64,000 nucleotides of DNA from Phallusia mammillata. Taxonomy: Eukaryota. A model generated the notes under the pieces. The model was not told where the DNA came from. It searched no databases and saw only the letters and a program-made list of their open reading frames with translations. The stretch spans positions 496,001-560,000 of the forward strand of contig OZ281500.1 of the NCBI GenBank assembly GCA_965637545.1, given 5' to 3'. A program made the translations under genes and the position numbers. This document shows, in pieces, positions 12,801-25,145 of the stretch; position 1 is the stretch's first letter, and every line of letters starts with the position of its first letter.

Positions 12801-14335
12801 GATTTGGCAATTCAGTTAAATCAAACCGTTGAACTATTTGACTTACTTGCGAGCGTTGAGCAAGTGCTAATTTTCTAAACAACATTTGCAGAATTTGCAA
12901 AAATTAATATCGCAATCGCTACAGACTGATCGCCCACTACTGGTTCTATGGTAAATAAGTAAATTAATAGGTGTATCATTTTTGGTTGAAAATTAACAAA
13001 CCGCTTTATTCCAAGCCCTGGTTATTTGCCGCCTTGGTCTCTTAATTCAGCAACAAACGCTTCAAGCTGTTAAAAAAAAACTAAATCTCCAGTGGTGGGT
13101 GTTTTCGACTTCACCATGATTACTACTGACAACATTGTAATTTCAATGAATGCCAGAAACTCATAATTTGAAATTACGAGTTTTATAAGCTTGGCTTCTG
13201 TGTCTAAGTTGTCGGACTTCTACGCATAAACTGTAATAATTTATTGCTCCACGACCCTTGTGTCGCAGCAAAACCAAAACTAGCATAAACTTGGCCGAAT
13301 TGTTCGCGGCGCTTAAACCATATGCAGACTTAAAACCTTAATCGGGAAATAATGTCGTATACTTTTTCGCACTTAAACACGATATAATACGATTGGATCC
13401 GAAATTTTTTGGGAGATAATGTTGAAGAATAATCGAAAACTGTCTGCGTAGCAAAAGCGACGGAATTTGTAGTTTCTTGTTTAACTAAGGTTTTTGGATT
13501 TCCATTTAAAAATATTTGAGCCAATTTTGATTAAAGTTCTTAATTTTTTTTAAACAATTTTGCTTTATTTCTGCACAAATTACTTATTTGGAAAACGTTG
13601 CATCTTTGCTGTTGATCAAAAACGACAAACGATTCTGCTTTTCAGATGTTAAAACTTCGAATTGTTCTTACATCGATTTTGCTCACTTAAACAAGCTCAG
13701 CTATCCCTTCAAATAAATCATAATGTGTGTTTCTGATACTTATAGTTTTACGCGCTTTTAAGATTTATTATGACGTCGAATTTGTAAAAGGTCGCATAAT
13801 GTAACGTGTGTAGAGAAATACTGCAAAACATAGCTACAGGATCAGTAATCGAAGTCGTCTGAAAACTTAATTATACGTTACAGAAACCAAGTCACATTTG
13901 AAAAAGGTCAAGATTTTCCAAATATATCTCTTTTCACAAACTCACTTTTTCTAATTGCATTTTACGGCTCATTAGTTTAATATTAGAAATCTTCTGACGC
14001 TAATTGTGTGGTTCAGAATCAGGAATATTTCACACATGCACGAACTAATTATAGAAAAAAAAAGTGCAAGCAACTTTATTTAATTCCAACAAAAAAAGAA
14101 ACAAATAAATTCCACAAAATCTCTCATTTATCGGAACATAAAGGTTTTAATCCATCTACAACGACTGTAACTTTTTCAATTGATGCTTGTCGCTTTCATC
14201 ACCAAATTCACTCACTCACTCGCAATTGAAGCAAACCTGCACAAAAGTCGACCAACCGCATTTTGATGCGGCGCATGACGCGACGCAGCTTACAAGAGAG
14301 AAACGCTTCTTCTGACTTCTAGCTATACCCCAAAC

Positions 14336-14562
14336 CAGTGGTTCTCAACCAGCGGGCCGCGGCCCCGTGCCTGTCCGTAAGGGGTTTGTTACCGGGCCGC
14401 ACAAAACTTGTTTCGGGTGCACATTAAATAAAAGTTGTAATGAAGTATAAAAAGCTAGAATTATTTTTCAGTGCTGAACATTAGTGGTTTTTAAAGGCCG
14501 GTCTGTTATGAAAATTTCAGTTTCAAACCTATCCGCAATGCAAAAAAGGTTGCCGAACCCTG
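14336..14562. mobile_element. hAT-type MITE
   Basis: TIRs cagtggttctcaacc / ggttgccgaaccctg; TSD ccccaaac / ccctaaac (7/8). The paralogous empty site is at about 22700 (gtgctaaaccctgtcctg). Confidence 0.8.
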
Positions 14563-14570
14563 CCCTAAAC

Positions 14571-15402
14571 CCTGTCCTGTGCATCTTCGCACAATTGTTT
14601 GCTGAGAGCCATCGCTGGAACTCCATGTTTCGCTCTGTACGTGTTCAGCTCATCCAGCAACTCTTCAGCGAATTTGTTGTCTCCCTTCGGCTGCTCTGTT
14701 GTCGGTTTGTCTGGGGCCGGAGCTTGGGGCGGGGGTGGGTTCAGTGGGGGCCGGAGCTGACTGTCAGATTAGTGCAGTGGTCGAGTTTTTGTATTTCAGC
14801 AATGCCCACCTTAGAACAGATTCGCCCACCTTAGAACAAATGTTCTCTTCAATAATATGTTGAAAATGCGCCGCTGTTTTATCTTTTTAACACATTCGGA
14901 ATGCAGATGCACTAAGGTGGGTTTGAAAGTCATGTGGTTGTATCTATAGCCTAAGTTAAAGTACCACATTAATAAGAACTTAAAATCGCCTTATGTACAA
15001 GATACGACATTTTCCTTGATACTTTACTAACACAAAGATCATTTCATAAAACTAGCAAATCTTTTTCTTAATGATAGGTTTAATCGAGTTGGACACGAAT
15101 TTGTATTTTTAACAAGCAACGATTTATTCGGCCTTTTGGATTGCAACTTAATTGAGTTTAATTAGAAACGTATGTGATAACTTCTTTACATTGTGAGGCC
15201 GAATGTTGCAGCTAGATTTTTTAATTGAGACGTTCCGGTATATAAATTTCGATTTTCACGTAACCCGCCCTCCTTTCTTGTCACCGACTTACTTCTGTGC
15301 ATCTTGGCACAATTGTTTGCTGAGAGTCATCGCTGGAACTCCATGTTTCGCTCTGTACGTGTTCAGCTCATCCAGCAACTTTTCAGCAAATTTGGCTGTC
15401 AT
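14571..15402 (-). pseudogene. Scrambled CAP pseudogene (copy B)
   Basis: Exon 15402-15293 (MTAKFAEKLLDELNTYRAKHGVPAMTLSKQLCQDAQK) is intact. The next exon has a duplicated acceptor (gttctaaggtgggc twice, 14805-14835) giving a stop or frameshift, then breaks off into a second truncated copy of the Pro-linker/first CAP exon (about 14760-14578). No final exon was found. Confidence 0.8.
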
Positions 15403-17952
15403 TGTTAATTGAAAACTTACAAAAACGCTTTAATCCAAGCCCTGTTGTTTGCCGCCTTGGTCTCTTAAACTGCAGCAAACGTTTCAATCTGTTGAAATAA
15501 AAAGCAAACTAAATCTCCTGTGGTGGGTGTTTTCGACTTCATCATGATTACTACTGACAACTGTGTATTTTCGTGTGCTCGTTTTAGCTTGTTTGCTCAA
15601 AGCTCGCAAGGAAGTCGAATCCACCTCCTGTAGTCAGGTTTTGACGTTATCCGAGTTCAACTTGGATCAAAACATACTTAACACGGAACGAGAAACTGGC
15701 CCAAAAATGTTGTTGTTGTTTTGCTGACATTAAAGCGTTCGTAATACACAGCCAGAGGCTTCGCGTTCATGTTCTGCTCGTTCGCGTGGCTCTTTAACAC
15801 GATTTTCTCTGTTGAAATTTCTGCCTATCTGGTCTCCTGTCCAACTGCTCTGCTCCCATCTGCGCGTTTCATCAAGCGGAAACATTTAAAACCAGTTTCA
15901 TTATTTCAAACATTCTGCACAACTTTGTAATTTCATTTAAAGCTAGAAACTCGTGATTCGAAATTACGAGTTCTGTGTCCAAGGTGTCATTTTTAATACA
16001 GATTTTAAAGATTTCAGGCAATTCAAATTCTGGACCCAAAAACTGCATGTATCGCAGGGTTTATACAAAACTCGAGCGGTTAACAGAACGACTGACATAC
16101 ATACTCGATTTTGCACACCTAGGTGTTCCGAACCAGTAAAGTAAGACGACCCTTTGACGTTTTGCAGTGATTCACAAACAACTAAAGAATACCGTTTGGC
16201 AGTAATGTGTAACGGCCAATGTGCAGATAAAGCTTTTGCACAGACATCGAAACCCTCGACCATTGCGACGAGTTTATAATGTGTGTTTATAAATTGTGCT
16301 TCTCACATTTTAAAACTTTGATTTGTCCTTACAGTGGTTTTGTTCACTCGAAGAAGCCTAAATGTCCCACCAAATAAATCACTATCTGTATTTCTGATAT
16401 TTATAGTTTTAACGTTCTAGTTAGCTTATTAAGACTGCTATATCGATCTCAAATCTAAACTGACGTCACAATTTAAAATACAATTTTATGTTAACACAGA
16501 TTAAGTCTTTCAATTTATACTTAGTCAAGCGTGAATTCACTCTTACGCTTATGGATCTTTGTGTGCTAATTTCAGTTTAAATTAGAGTTAACCTATTTAG
16601 GAGGGCAATACCTCCAAATGCATACAACATTTTACACACCACCATCTAATTTTAAGAAATAAGATACAATACAACACAGGGCAATTAGTGTTGGCGCAAC
16701 AAACAGTGTGCAATTAAAAACTTGATCATATTTCAAAGGAGACGGAAATGAGTCTTAGTCTGTTTTGCCATCACACGATGTTGGAATTTGCAACTCCTTA
16801 GTTTAATATTAGAAATCTTCTGACGGTTAATTGTGTGTTAGGAACATGTCACACTTACACGCACTAATTATTTTGCACCAATTCCTGTCGTGGAATGTTG
16901 TAATGAACGATACTCTGACAAACAAGCACGTGATGTCACCACATTGGTGTTTTCCACGTCCTTAAAGCAACAAACACAATGACCGTCGAGTTTATCGCTT
17001 TTTCCACTTTTTGTGGCCTTTATGTGGTGTCGCAAATTTAGAATGTCTCAGCCTTGAGCAGATTTTTATATGATACGGTTGTAAGTAAGTATTAGATCCT
17101 GTGTACAACCATAATGGCTGCCTAGGTGTATCGGTGTCATGCTGTTGATTGCACATGAATTTCACGCTTCAACAAACACGACTTACGTTTAGTTGAAGTG
17201 TCGGGTATCAGCGGAGATGCGGAACAAGTTGTTTCTCGCGATATTTAAACAACTTTATTTAATTCCAAGAAAACAAGAAACAAATAAATTCCCACAAAAT
17301 CTTTAATTTTTAGGCAAGTAAAGGTTTTAATCCATCTACCACGACTGTGACTCTTTTTATCCCATTTAATTATGTTGCTTACAACAATATTTTAATGTGT
17401 AAACGAAGAGGAAAATGATTTTCCAATTTCTGCGTTCGTCCAGACTTTCTTGTAAAATATTGGCTACTTAGGTGCTAATGTGGTGTGACTTTACTTTTAA
17501 CACAGCCATGTCAGGTGAAAATAGGAATTCGATCGTAATGTGGATGGATCAATCACTCTTGTAACTTTGCTCTCTACTCTCTTTACGTGGATTTTCTGCC
17601 GGCTGACCACCTTTGCATTTATTTGTTGTTAATATTTGTCTTAGTGGCTGCAAACCTTAAAAAGCCAGACTCAAAATATCGGGTTTATATTTGTCAGCAT
17701 CCAGTATACAAAGGTGTTTATATTTTTACACACAAGTACACAAGTAGTTGGTTAGTAGGTACGACTTGGGATATAATATAAAAAATATGTTTAAAAATTA
17801 TTGTTTAATGGGATACGAATATAATCGCAGTTCTATGTAAGTAGAAACAAACTATAACGCGTAGCACTCTAATGCAAAGTATTTTCGTTAGCTCGTGGTA
17901 AAACAAGTGCTTTTGATATCAACGAACGAGTTTTAAACAATAGTAAATCACA

Positions 17953-19524
17953 TTATTTTGGTGGAAGCACATTCTCCTTGAACTGTCCGTCATTTGTGAT
18001 ATTTCCCGCAGGAGAATATCTTCCCACAATGTACGTCCCGTTCTCTCCATTACCATCCGACTTTATTCCAGCGCCGAATTCTGTCGAAGCTTTCCACACA
18101 ACCTGTGTGAAGTGACCTGTACAAAAACTGCGGTGAAGCAAGTCTAAAAATTCAACTCCTTAATTGCACAAAAGCTTTCATGCAGACTAGCGATCACAAC
18201 ACACTTATATATAAATCATAGTACGTCAGCCCTGTAGTGAAGGCGTTATTTCAAGTTCAGCTAGGCTCCCAAGCATTTCTATGTGATAAGGCACAGGCTA
18301 GAAAAAAAAATTAGTTTTAGCCTGCGGTGGGATTGGACCCACAACGGGAGTCTTTTCGAGACTCGCGATCTACCAACTGTGGTTCTGTACAACGCAGTTA
18401 AAGACCTGGCGCACCGTAGTTTATATATTAGTGATTTCTGGTCTGTATTAACGCTTTCCGGCTTCATCTTGGCTAATCTGAGTCGCAACAGTTAATATGA
18501 GCTTTTATTTTTATTTCATTCTCCTTTAAATATGTATGAAGCATTGAATTTCTTGTTGGATAAACAGAGCAGGTTTGGGCTTTGTATTTTCGTTGAGAAC
18601 GTCGTTATACGACCGGGGACGTTTGTGAGCTATAGTGACTATTGCGGTGCACGTTTTGTGACACTGACTGACAAGCGTACTTTTCTCCATTTAGTGAAGA
18701 ATTATTTTCTTTTTAAATTTCCGCATACCAGTATTTCCAGCAAAGCCAGGGTTGTTAAAGTTGTAGTTTTCGATTTCATCGTACCACATCTTTGCTGTTC
18801 CAGCAGCGCTCATTTCACCTGAACCCCAAGCCAGGTTCTCTCCAACCCCGTTTAAATCACTGCTGTGTTCCAGTTTATTTTGTCCAGCAATGTAATCCGC
18901 CCACCTTGAAACAAATACACTCCAATATTATGTTGAATGCACCGTCGTTGTATTCAATTTAACCTACTTAATGGCACATGCATGGATTTGATGTTTGGGT
19001 TGATGCAAATAGAGGTGCTTTGATTGTACTATGGTGTTAGCTAAAGTAACACGTAAACAATAGAAGTCGCCCTATGTATCCGGTGCAATATTTTTAGGTT
19101 TTAAGATAATATATTTCATTTGAGTTCGAAGTATTTTAACAATCAACATTTTATCTTGCTTTTTGGATTGTAACTGAATTGAGCTTAATTATAGAAACGT
19201 ATGTGATAACTTCTTTTCACTGTAAGACCAAATGCTGTGTTAGATTTTTACGTATGTTTTATGAGATTTGCACTTCATACTTTCACGTAACCCGCCCTAC
19301 TTGCTTTGAACTGACTTACTTCTGTGCATCTTCGCACAATTGTTTGCTGAGAGTCATCGCTGGAACTCCATGTTTCGCTCTGTACGTGTTCTGCGCATCC
19401 AGCAATTCTTCAGCGAATTTGTTGTCTCCCTTCGGTTGCTCTGTTGTTGGTTTATCAGGGGCCGGAGCTGGAGCGGGGGTGGGTTCAGTGGGGGCCGGAG
19501 TTGGGGTTGGGGTTGGTTCCGGGG
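17953..19524 (-). CDS. CAP-superfamily (GAPR-1/GLIPR2-like) protein, copy C, with a Pro/Thr-rich N-terminal linker; exons 19524-19320, 18904-18729, 18116-17953; start exon not identified
   Basis: (A)PEPTPTPTPAPTEPTPAPAPAPDKPTTEQPKGDNKFAEELLDAQNTYRAKHGVPAMTLSKQLCEDAQK-WADYIAGQNKLEHSSDLNGVGENLAWGSG...MWYDEIENY...NTG-HFTQVVWKASTEFGAG...VGRYSPAGNI...NVLPPK*. Same intron positions as copy A, including a 176-nt middle exon. Confidence 0.85.
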
Positions 19525-22500
19525 CTGATTGAGATAAAATTGTAATTAAGTCAGCACAAAAATATATATAGTTAGTTTTTATGTTGACCAGTGAATATTT
19601 TGAAATGTGACTTCACTTATAGCAAGAGTTATATCAAAACTCGTTAACATTAGAGACAATAAAGTGCATCAAAAAGTGAATGTTTGGGTAAAACACACCA
19701 GTCAATGCCCACCCTTATTTATGTACTTTACCGATTTTACATTTGTTTTTGTTTTTAATTTTTGCTACCTGAGGTGGAAACGCACTTTTTTAAATACCTT
19801 TCAATATACAGAGCAATTTTTGTTCTGCATTTTCGGCTGCAGTTTATGATTGCAGAAACTTTGCGACCGATACGACCGTTTAAAAACTAAAACGTTTTCA
19901 AACCAATGCAATTGTAGGCGGAGCTAAACTTGTCAACGAGAACTGGACACTTCGTGGGTGTTTTCGCCTCCATCATGATTACTACTGTCAGCTTTGCATT
20001 TTTTCATGAGGGCTAATCCCTCACTAAATGAAGTGTGCAGTTACATATATATGCTTTACCCTGCAAAACCTTGGCTACAAATAAGTGTAGACAGGGCATG
20101 GTAAAGTTTTGTCAGCAATATCGTAGCGCTCAATCAGTTTGTGTTGTTCATTGGGAGTTGTACCAAAGTTGAAACTTTGGGACCTGAAAAATGATTTGTT
20201 TCAAAAATATAAGCCCAATGGGGTCCGAAAGTTCGATTTATGAGCACGGTAAAACTACGGCCGTGTGGAAAGTCAGGCCCGAATCAAGTCAAATCCGTAT
20301 CGAATTTTGCAAACGATATATGGGTTGTAAAACTCCGAAAGAACAATTTGTCCGAGGGTAACTATTGTTAGCCGCAAAACCATAAACATTATTTCGCCCT
20401 GCAGGGTTTTGTAACTCATAGAGTGTTTCGTTTCGCATCACTGAGCTCGCCAATCGTGCGAACGCACCGTGAACTTTCACGCAACTGTGAAACCGCCACT
20501 TGAATATTGGGAGGCTGACAAACGATCAACATCAGGCATCGATAATCTATTTCGTGTCGCAAATTAAAACTAATTCTTGATAAGCTGCAGACAGTGCACA
20601 CTGTTTCAACCGTTAAGGTCTTATCAATGCAGCTGGTGCCGAGACATTGGCCGTATTGGCTAGTGTAGCTATCCATCGACATTCAAGTTTGTTGCGAGCA
20701 GCAAGCTAAAGAGCCATACCCCACCTATTCTGTGTGATGCCACAAAACTAATTTCTGTCTGGAATAATGGTTCCTGGGTCATTCAAATTATCGCACTTTA
20801 GTGTTCTGCGGTGAAATATTTTTACACATGGACGATTTCGCCCCATTACTGGTTTGTTTGGGAACAAGCAACGAACCGTGCACAAAGTTTGTACGTAAGA
20901 TTTTAAAGTGCAATCCGAAAACATATGAAAGGACAACAAGAAGCTACAATATTATGACAAACTTGTACGATTGGTTGTCTTGTTAATTTTTTGAAATATC
21001 ATTTTAATAGAAAATTAACAAAAACGCTTGCTATTCAAATCTCCTACCACTTGGCTCGTTGGTTGGTGATGTGCGTTTCTCTTTACAAAACCAATTTCCC
21101 ATTTTGCTGCAGGTGAACGTTAAAATTATTCAAAAAATTGTATGAAAAAGCTGCAATCCAAGCCCTATTTATTTGCCGCCTCGTTCTCTTAATCCTGCAG
21201 CAAATGCTTCAAGCTGTTAAAGCAAAAAAACGTAATCTCCGCTGGTCAGTTCGTGACGTTATCCGATTTCAATCTGGACCACAACAGACTAAGCACTGAA
21301 CGAGAAACTGACCGAGAAATGTTGTGATTGTTTTGCCGACATTAAAGCATTCGTGGTTTACCGCCAGGGGCGAAATGGCTTCGCTTTCTTGTTCTGCTCG
21401 TTTGCGTGGCTCTTCAACACGATTTGCTTTGTTGATATTTCTGCCTACCCGCTCTCCTGCCCGCCCAACTGCTCCGCTCCCATCTGCGCGTTTCATCAAG
21501 CGGAAACATTTCAAACCAACCTCACTGTTTCAAACATTCTGCACAACTTTGTAATTCATGTGAAATAAGAAATTTATTATTTGAAAACCCGTGTGTCGCA
21601 GCAAAACTGAAACCAGCATAAACTTGCCCGAATTATTCGAAGCGTTTAAACCATATACACACGTAAAACCGTAATCGGTACTTTTTATCGCCACAAAATA
21701 ATATGATTGGTCCGAAATTCTTTGGCAGATAATGTTGAAGAGTAAAAAAACTTAATTACATGTTACAGAAACCAATTCACAGTTAAAAAAGGTCAACATT
21801 TCCAAATGTATCTCTTTTTACAAGTTTCCTTTCCCGAATTGGCATTTTAAGGCTCGTGCGTTTAATATTAGAAATCTTCTGACGGTTAATTGTGTGTTAG
21901 GAACATGTGACACATACACGAACTAATTATTATGCACCAAGTCCTGTCGTGTAATGTTGAAATGAAAGACACACTGACAAGCAAGTACGTGATGTCAAAA
22001 CATTGGTGTTTTCCACGCCCTTAAAGTAACAAACACAATAACCGTCTATTTGCTATGTTTTCCACTATTTGTGCGTTTTATGTGGATTGCGAATTTAGAA
22101 TGTTTCAGCCTTGCGCAGCTTTTAATATCCGTCTATGTTATTTGATCCTGTGTACGACCATAATGCCTGCCCAAGTGTGTCTTTTCACGCTGTTGATTGC
22201 ACAAGCATTTCACGCTTCAACAAACACGACTTACGTTTAGTTGAGGTGTCAGGTGGATTTCTTCGTCGTTTCGTAAAAAAATTTCCCATTTTATAAATAA
22301 GTACAGTAACGGTGGATAAAAATAAGCAACAAAAAGTAACAAAATAAATCTGACTCTATAGCTGTCTCTGTATAAAGAATAGCAGGTTATACCAACAGTT
22401 TGCTCGATCAATTCGTCTTTTTACCACAATTTGTTTTTTCGTTTTTGTCAAAAACACAAACAAATTTTTACGAAGTCTTTTATTTGACGACAAATAAAGG

Positions 22501-25145
22501 TTTAAATCCATCTACAACGGCTGTGTCTCTTTCAACTGATGCTTGTCACTTTCATCACCAACTTCACTCACTCATTCGCATCTGAAGTAAATCTGCACGA
22601 AAGTCGACCAACCGCATTTTGATACAGCCGCGTCGATGACGCGACGCAGCTTGCAAGAGAGAAACGCTTCTTCTGACCAACCTACCTACGCCATATACCC
22701 TGTGCTAAACCCTGTCCTGCGCATCGACCGTGAAACTGAGAAACCCGACTCCGCCGCTCACACCTGCGTAACGAAAACATTTTACGTGTCTTGATGTACG
22801 AAAAACTTTTCTGCTTTTTCGCATTTTCTGAAACAAACCAGGAAACTAATTTCCAAGTGACAAACCATGACGTCATAGTAACTTGCACTGATTGTGACGT
22901 GACAACGTATCGCGTTTTCGCGTTTTAAATATTTTGTGTGTTGTAGAAAATTCTGACAAGCTAACAAATGAGAAGCGACGTCACTAACTACGTAACAAAC
23001 TGCCATTATTTGTGACTTTCAAGTCGCAGCTGCTGTGCAAGAATCACACTTTTGCTTCGCAATGAAGAAAGAAACAAAACTCCACAAACCACGTGACAAA
23101 TTTGCATATACATCAAATTTGATGTCACGTGATTTAATCATATTTCCACTTCGGATAAACAAGAAACTTTTGTTTATTTTATCACAAGTAAATAAATTCG
23201 AAACATCCAACTTGGAGAAGTTTCGATTTTAAAACAAGTAGAAATGTTTAATTCACTTTACCTTGTTTATCTTCCGGTTGCGAGGGAGATGAAAACAGGT
23301 TTCCCATTTTGTTGCAGTTTCAACCAAAACCTTAAAACTCTAATGCTTTAACCTTTGCAGTGAAACTGAACAAGCGAATGTTATCAGAACTTAATTGCTT
23401 CCTATTTAACACCGAGAGTTGTTTACCACAACAAAAACAAACCAACAATACAACTACAGAACACGGGATTCATCCTGTCAGTGTTTTGTAGCAATTGGAA
23501 GCAACTTTCTGTTATTTCCACCAAACCCTGCAGACAGAATGCCGCCTACCCCTTCCACCCCAGCCTAAACCCGTCACGTATTTTGCTTGTCAATGCCGCA
23601 CAACAACATTCAACCCCACCCGTCGCGCGCGTTGCCTTTGTGACGTCAACGCTCACTACTGACGTCAGCTTCAATGTTGAATCTGGGCGGAAAAGTGTTC
23701 TGGAATTATGGAACGCTTTTGTTGGCCATTGCCCCTGTCAAGTAATTGCAACTTCATGTTGTGTTCGCTGCTTTTGCATCCTTTGTTGGAGCAGCAGCGC
23801 GTTCAACCATTATCCAGTAGTTGTGCCCATGACTTTTCACCGCTAACCTTTAAACTTTGTGCAGCTATTTCCGGCTTGGTGATTGTTTTAGTGCTATTGT
23901 TTTGCTGTGTTCACCAAGCACTTTAAAAGCTCCCATCAACCGACAACTTGTGTATATAGAATACATCTTAGTGCAGACGTTTCAACAATTACAGTACTCA
24001 TAATCAGTGCAGGTGACGTACTCTACATACACAAATTCTCTGGTAGATATTTTTGTGATTAAAGTTCCTGTTACAAGTCCGTGTATAGTGTTTTCCAATC
24101 AAAATTTTTATAATAAACTTCATAGAAGAAATCCACCTTTTTTGGTTGCGTATTTTTAAGACCAACTTTTTGAAAACAATTTTATAACAAACTAATAGGT
24201 ACAAAATCCTACGAACCATGGACAGATTGTATTGAGCTGTACAGAGGCCGGTGGTGGTTTGCAACACAAAGAAAACGAAATTTATTTAAGATTACATGCA
24301 GTCTCTAGTCCTACTGGGCACTGGGTGGCGGTAGTGATTTGGTTTTGTTCATCTGCGCAACGCTAAGTTAAACTAACATGTGATAAAAAGTTTCTTCTCC
24401 ATTTTTACACATACATTTTCTCCTCTCCAGAGACTCATATTTCTCACCGTTAATAGTGAGATTATAGTCTCTTATAAGAGCAAAATCACTTGTTATGAGT
24501 CATGCTAAAATTGCTGACCAAGTGACAAACACGAAATAAAGTCACGTGATTGGGTGATCTCGCCGTAATTGTACGAGAAGTTTTGGAACGTTTAAACGAG
24601 ATCTACGGACATAGACTCTGCGCTCATAGGATTGTTTTACCAGCCTCTGTGCTAAACGAGAACAACTTCAACTTTTTCCCACGCAAACACGTCTGGTAAA
24701 TAGGTCATTGTTTATGTGACATAATTTGCGGGGAACAAAAACCCGCATAAGTCTGCGCTACAAATACAGCGAACATAATATGAATGACAATAATGCTACA
24801 TTGAACTATATACGCTTGTTGTTGTGTAAAAATGTTGACATAAAATAACGATATTTCTTCGGCTCATACATTAAACACTGGACCCTTTAACTATTTATTC
24901 AAAAAGTAAACCAACTTTTCGTTCATGCAGCGTACTGAACTTGTAGATACCAGTAATGATCGATAAAAGCTGCATTAAATACAAGCCCAGAAATATAATA
25001 AAAATTATCTGTGGGAACAAGTTTAAACAAATCTGAACTTAAAACAATCAAAAGTTTTACGAGAAGTAAAATGTTCAGGATACATTTTCTTGTAATATGT
25101 CTGCTGGTTAAATGCAATAAATATTTAGGCTTCTGTTTTTCTTGA

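Larger units (their letters stand above)
9170..22720. repeat. Local tandem segmental duplication with three diverged units (about 9170-14330, 14570-17350, 17350-22720), each carrying CAP gene sequence
   Basis: Shared blocks seen by eye: 10685-11460 with 17485-18225; 12000-12800 with 18680-19440; 13000-13160 with 15420-15560 and 21160-21240; and the block taaaggtt(t)taatccatcta at about 14140, 17320 and 22495. Confidence 0.85.

Noticed and set aside
15600-15900. GC-richer block duplicated at 21260-21560 with ORFs such as MKCFRLMKRADG
   Set aside because: Reading frames are not preserved between the two copies (indels and stops), so it was treated as duplicated non-coding or UTR sequence.
19797-19836. 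Possible small phase-1 upstream exon for CAP copy C (…EQKLLCILK G|gtattt)
   Set aside because: No start codon or supporting paralogous exon could be established.
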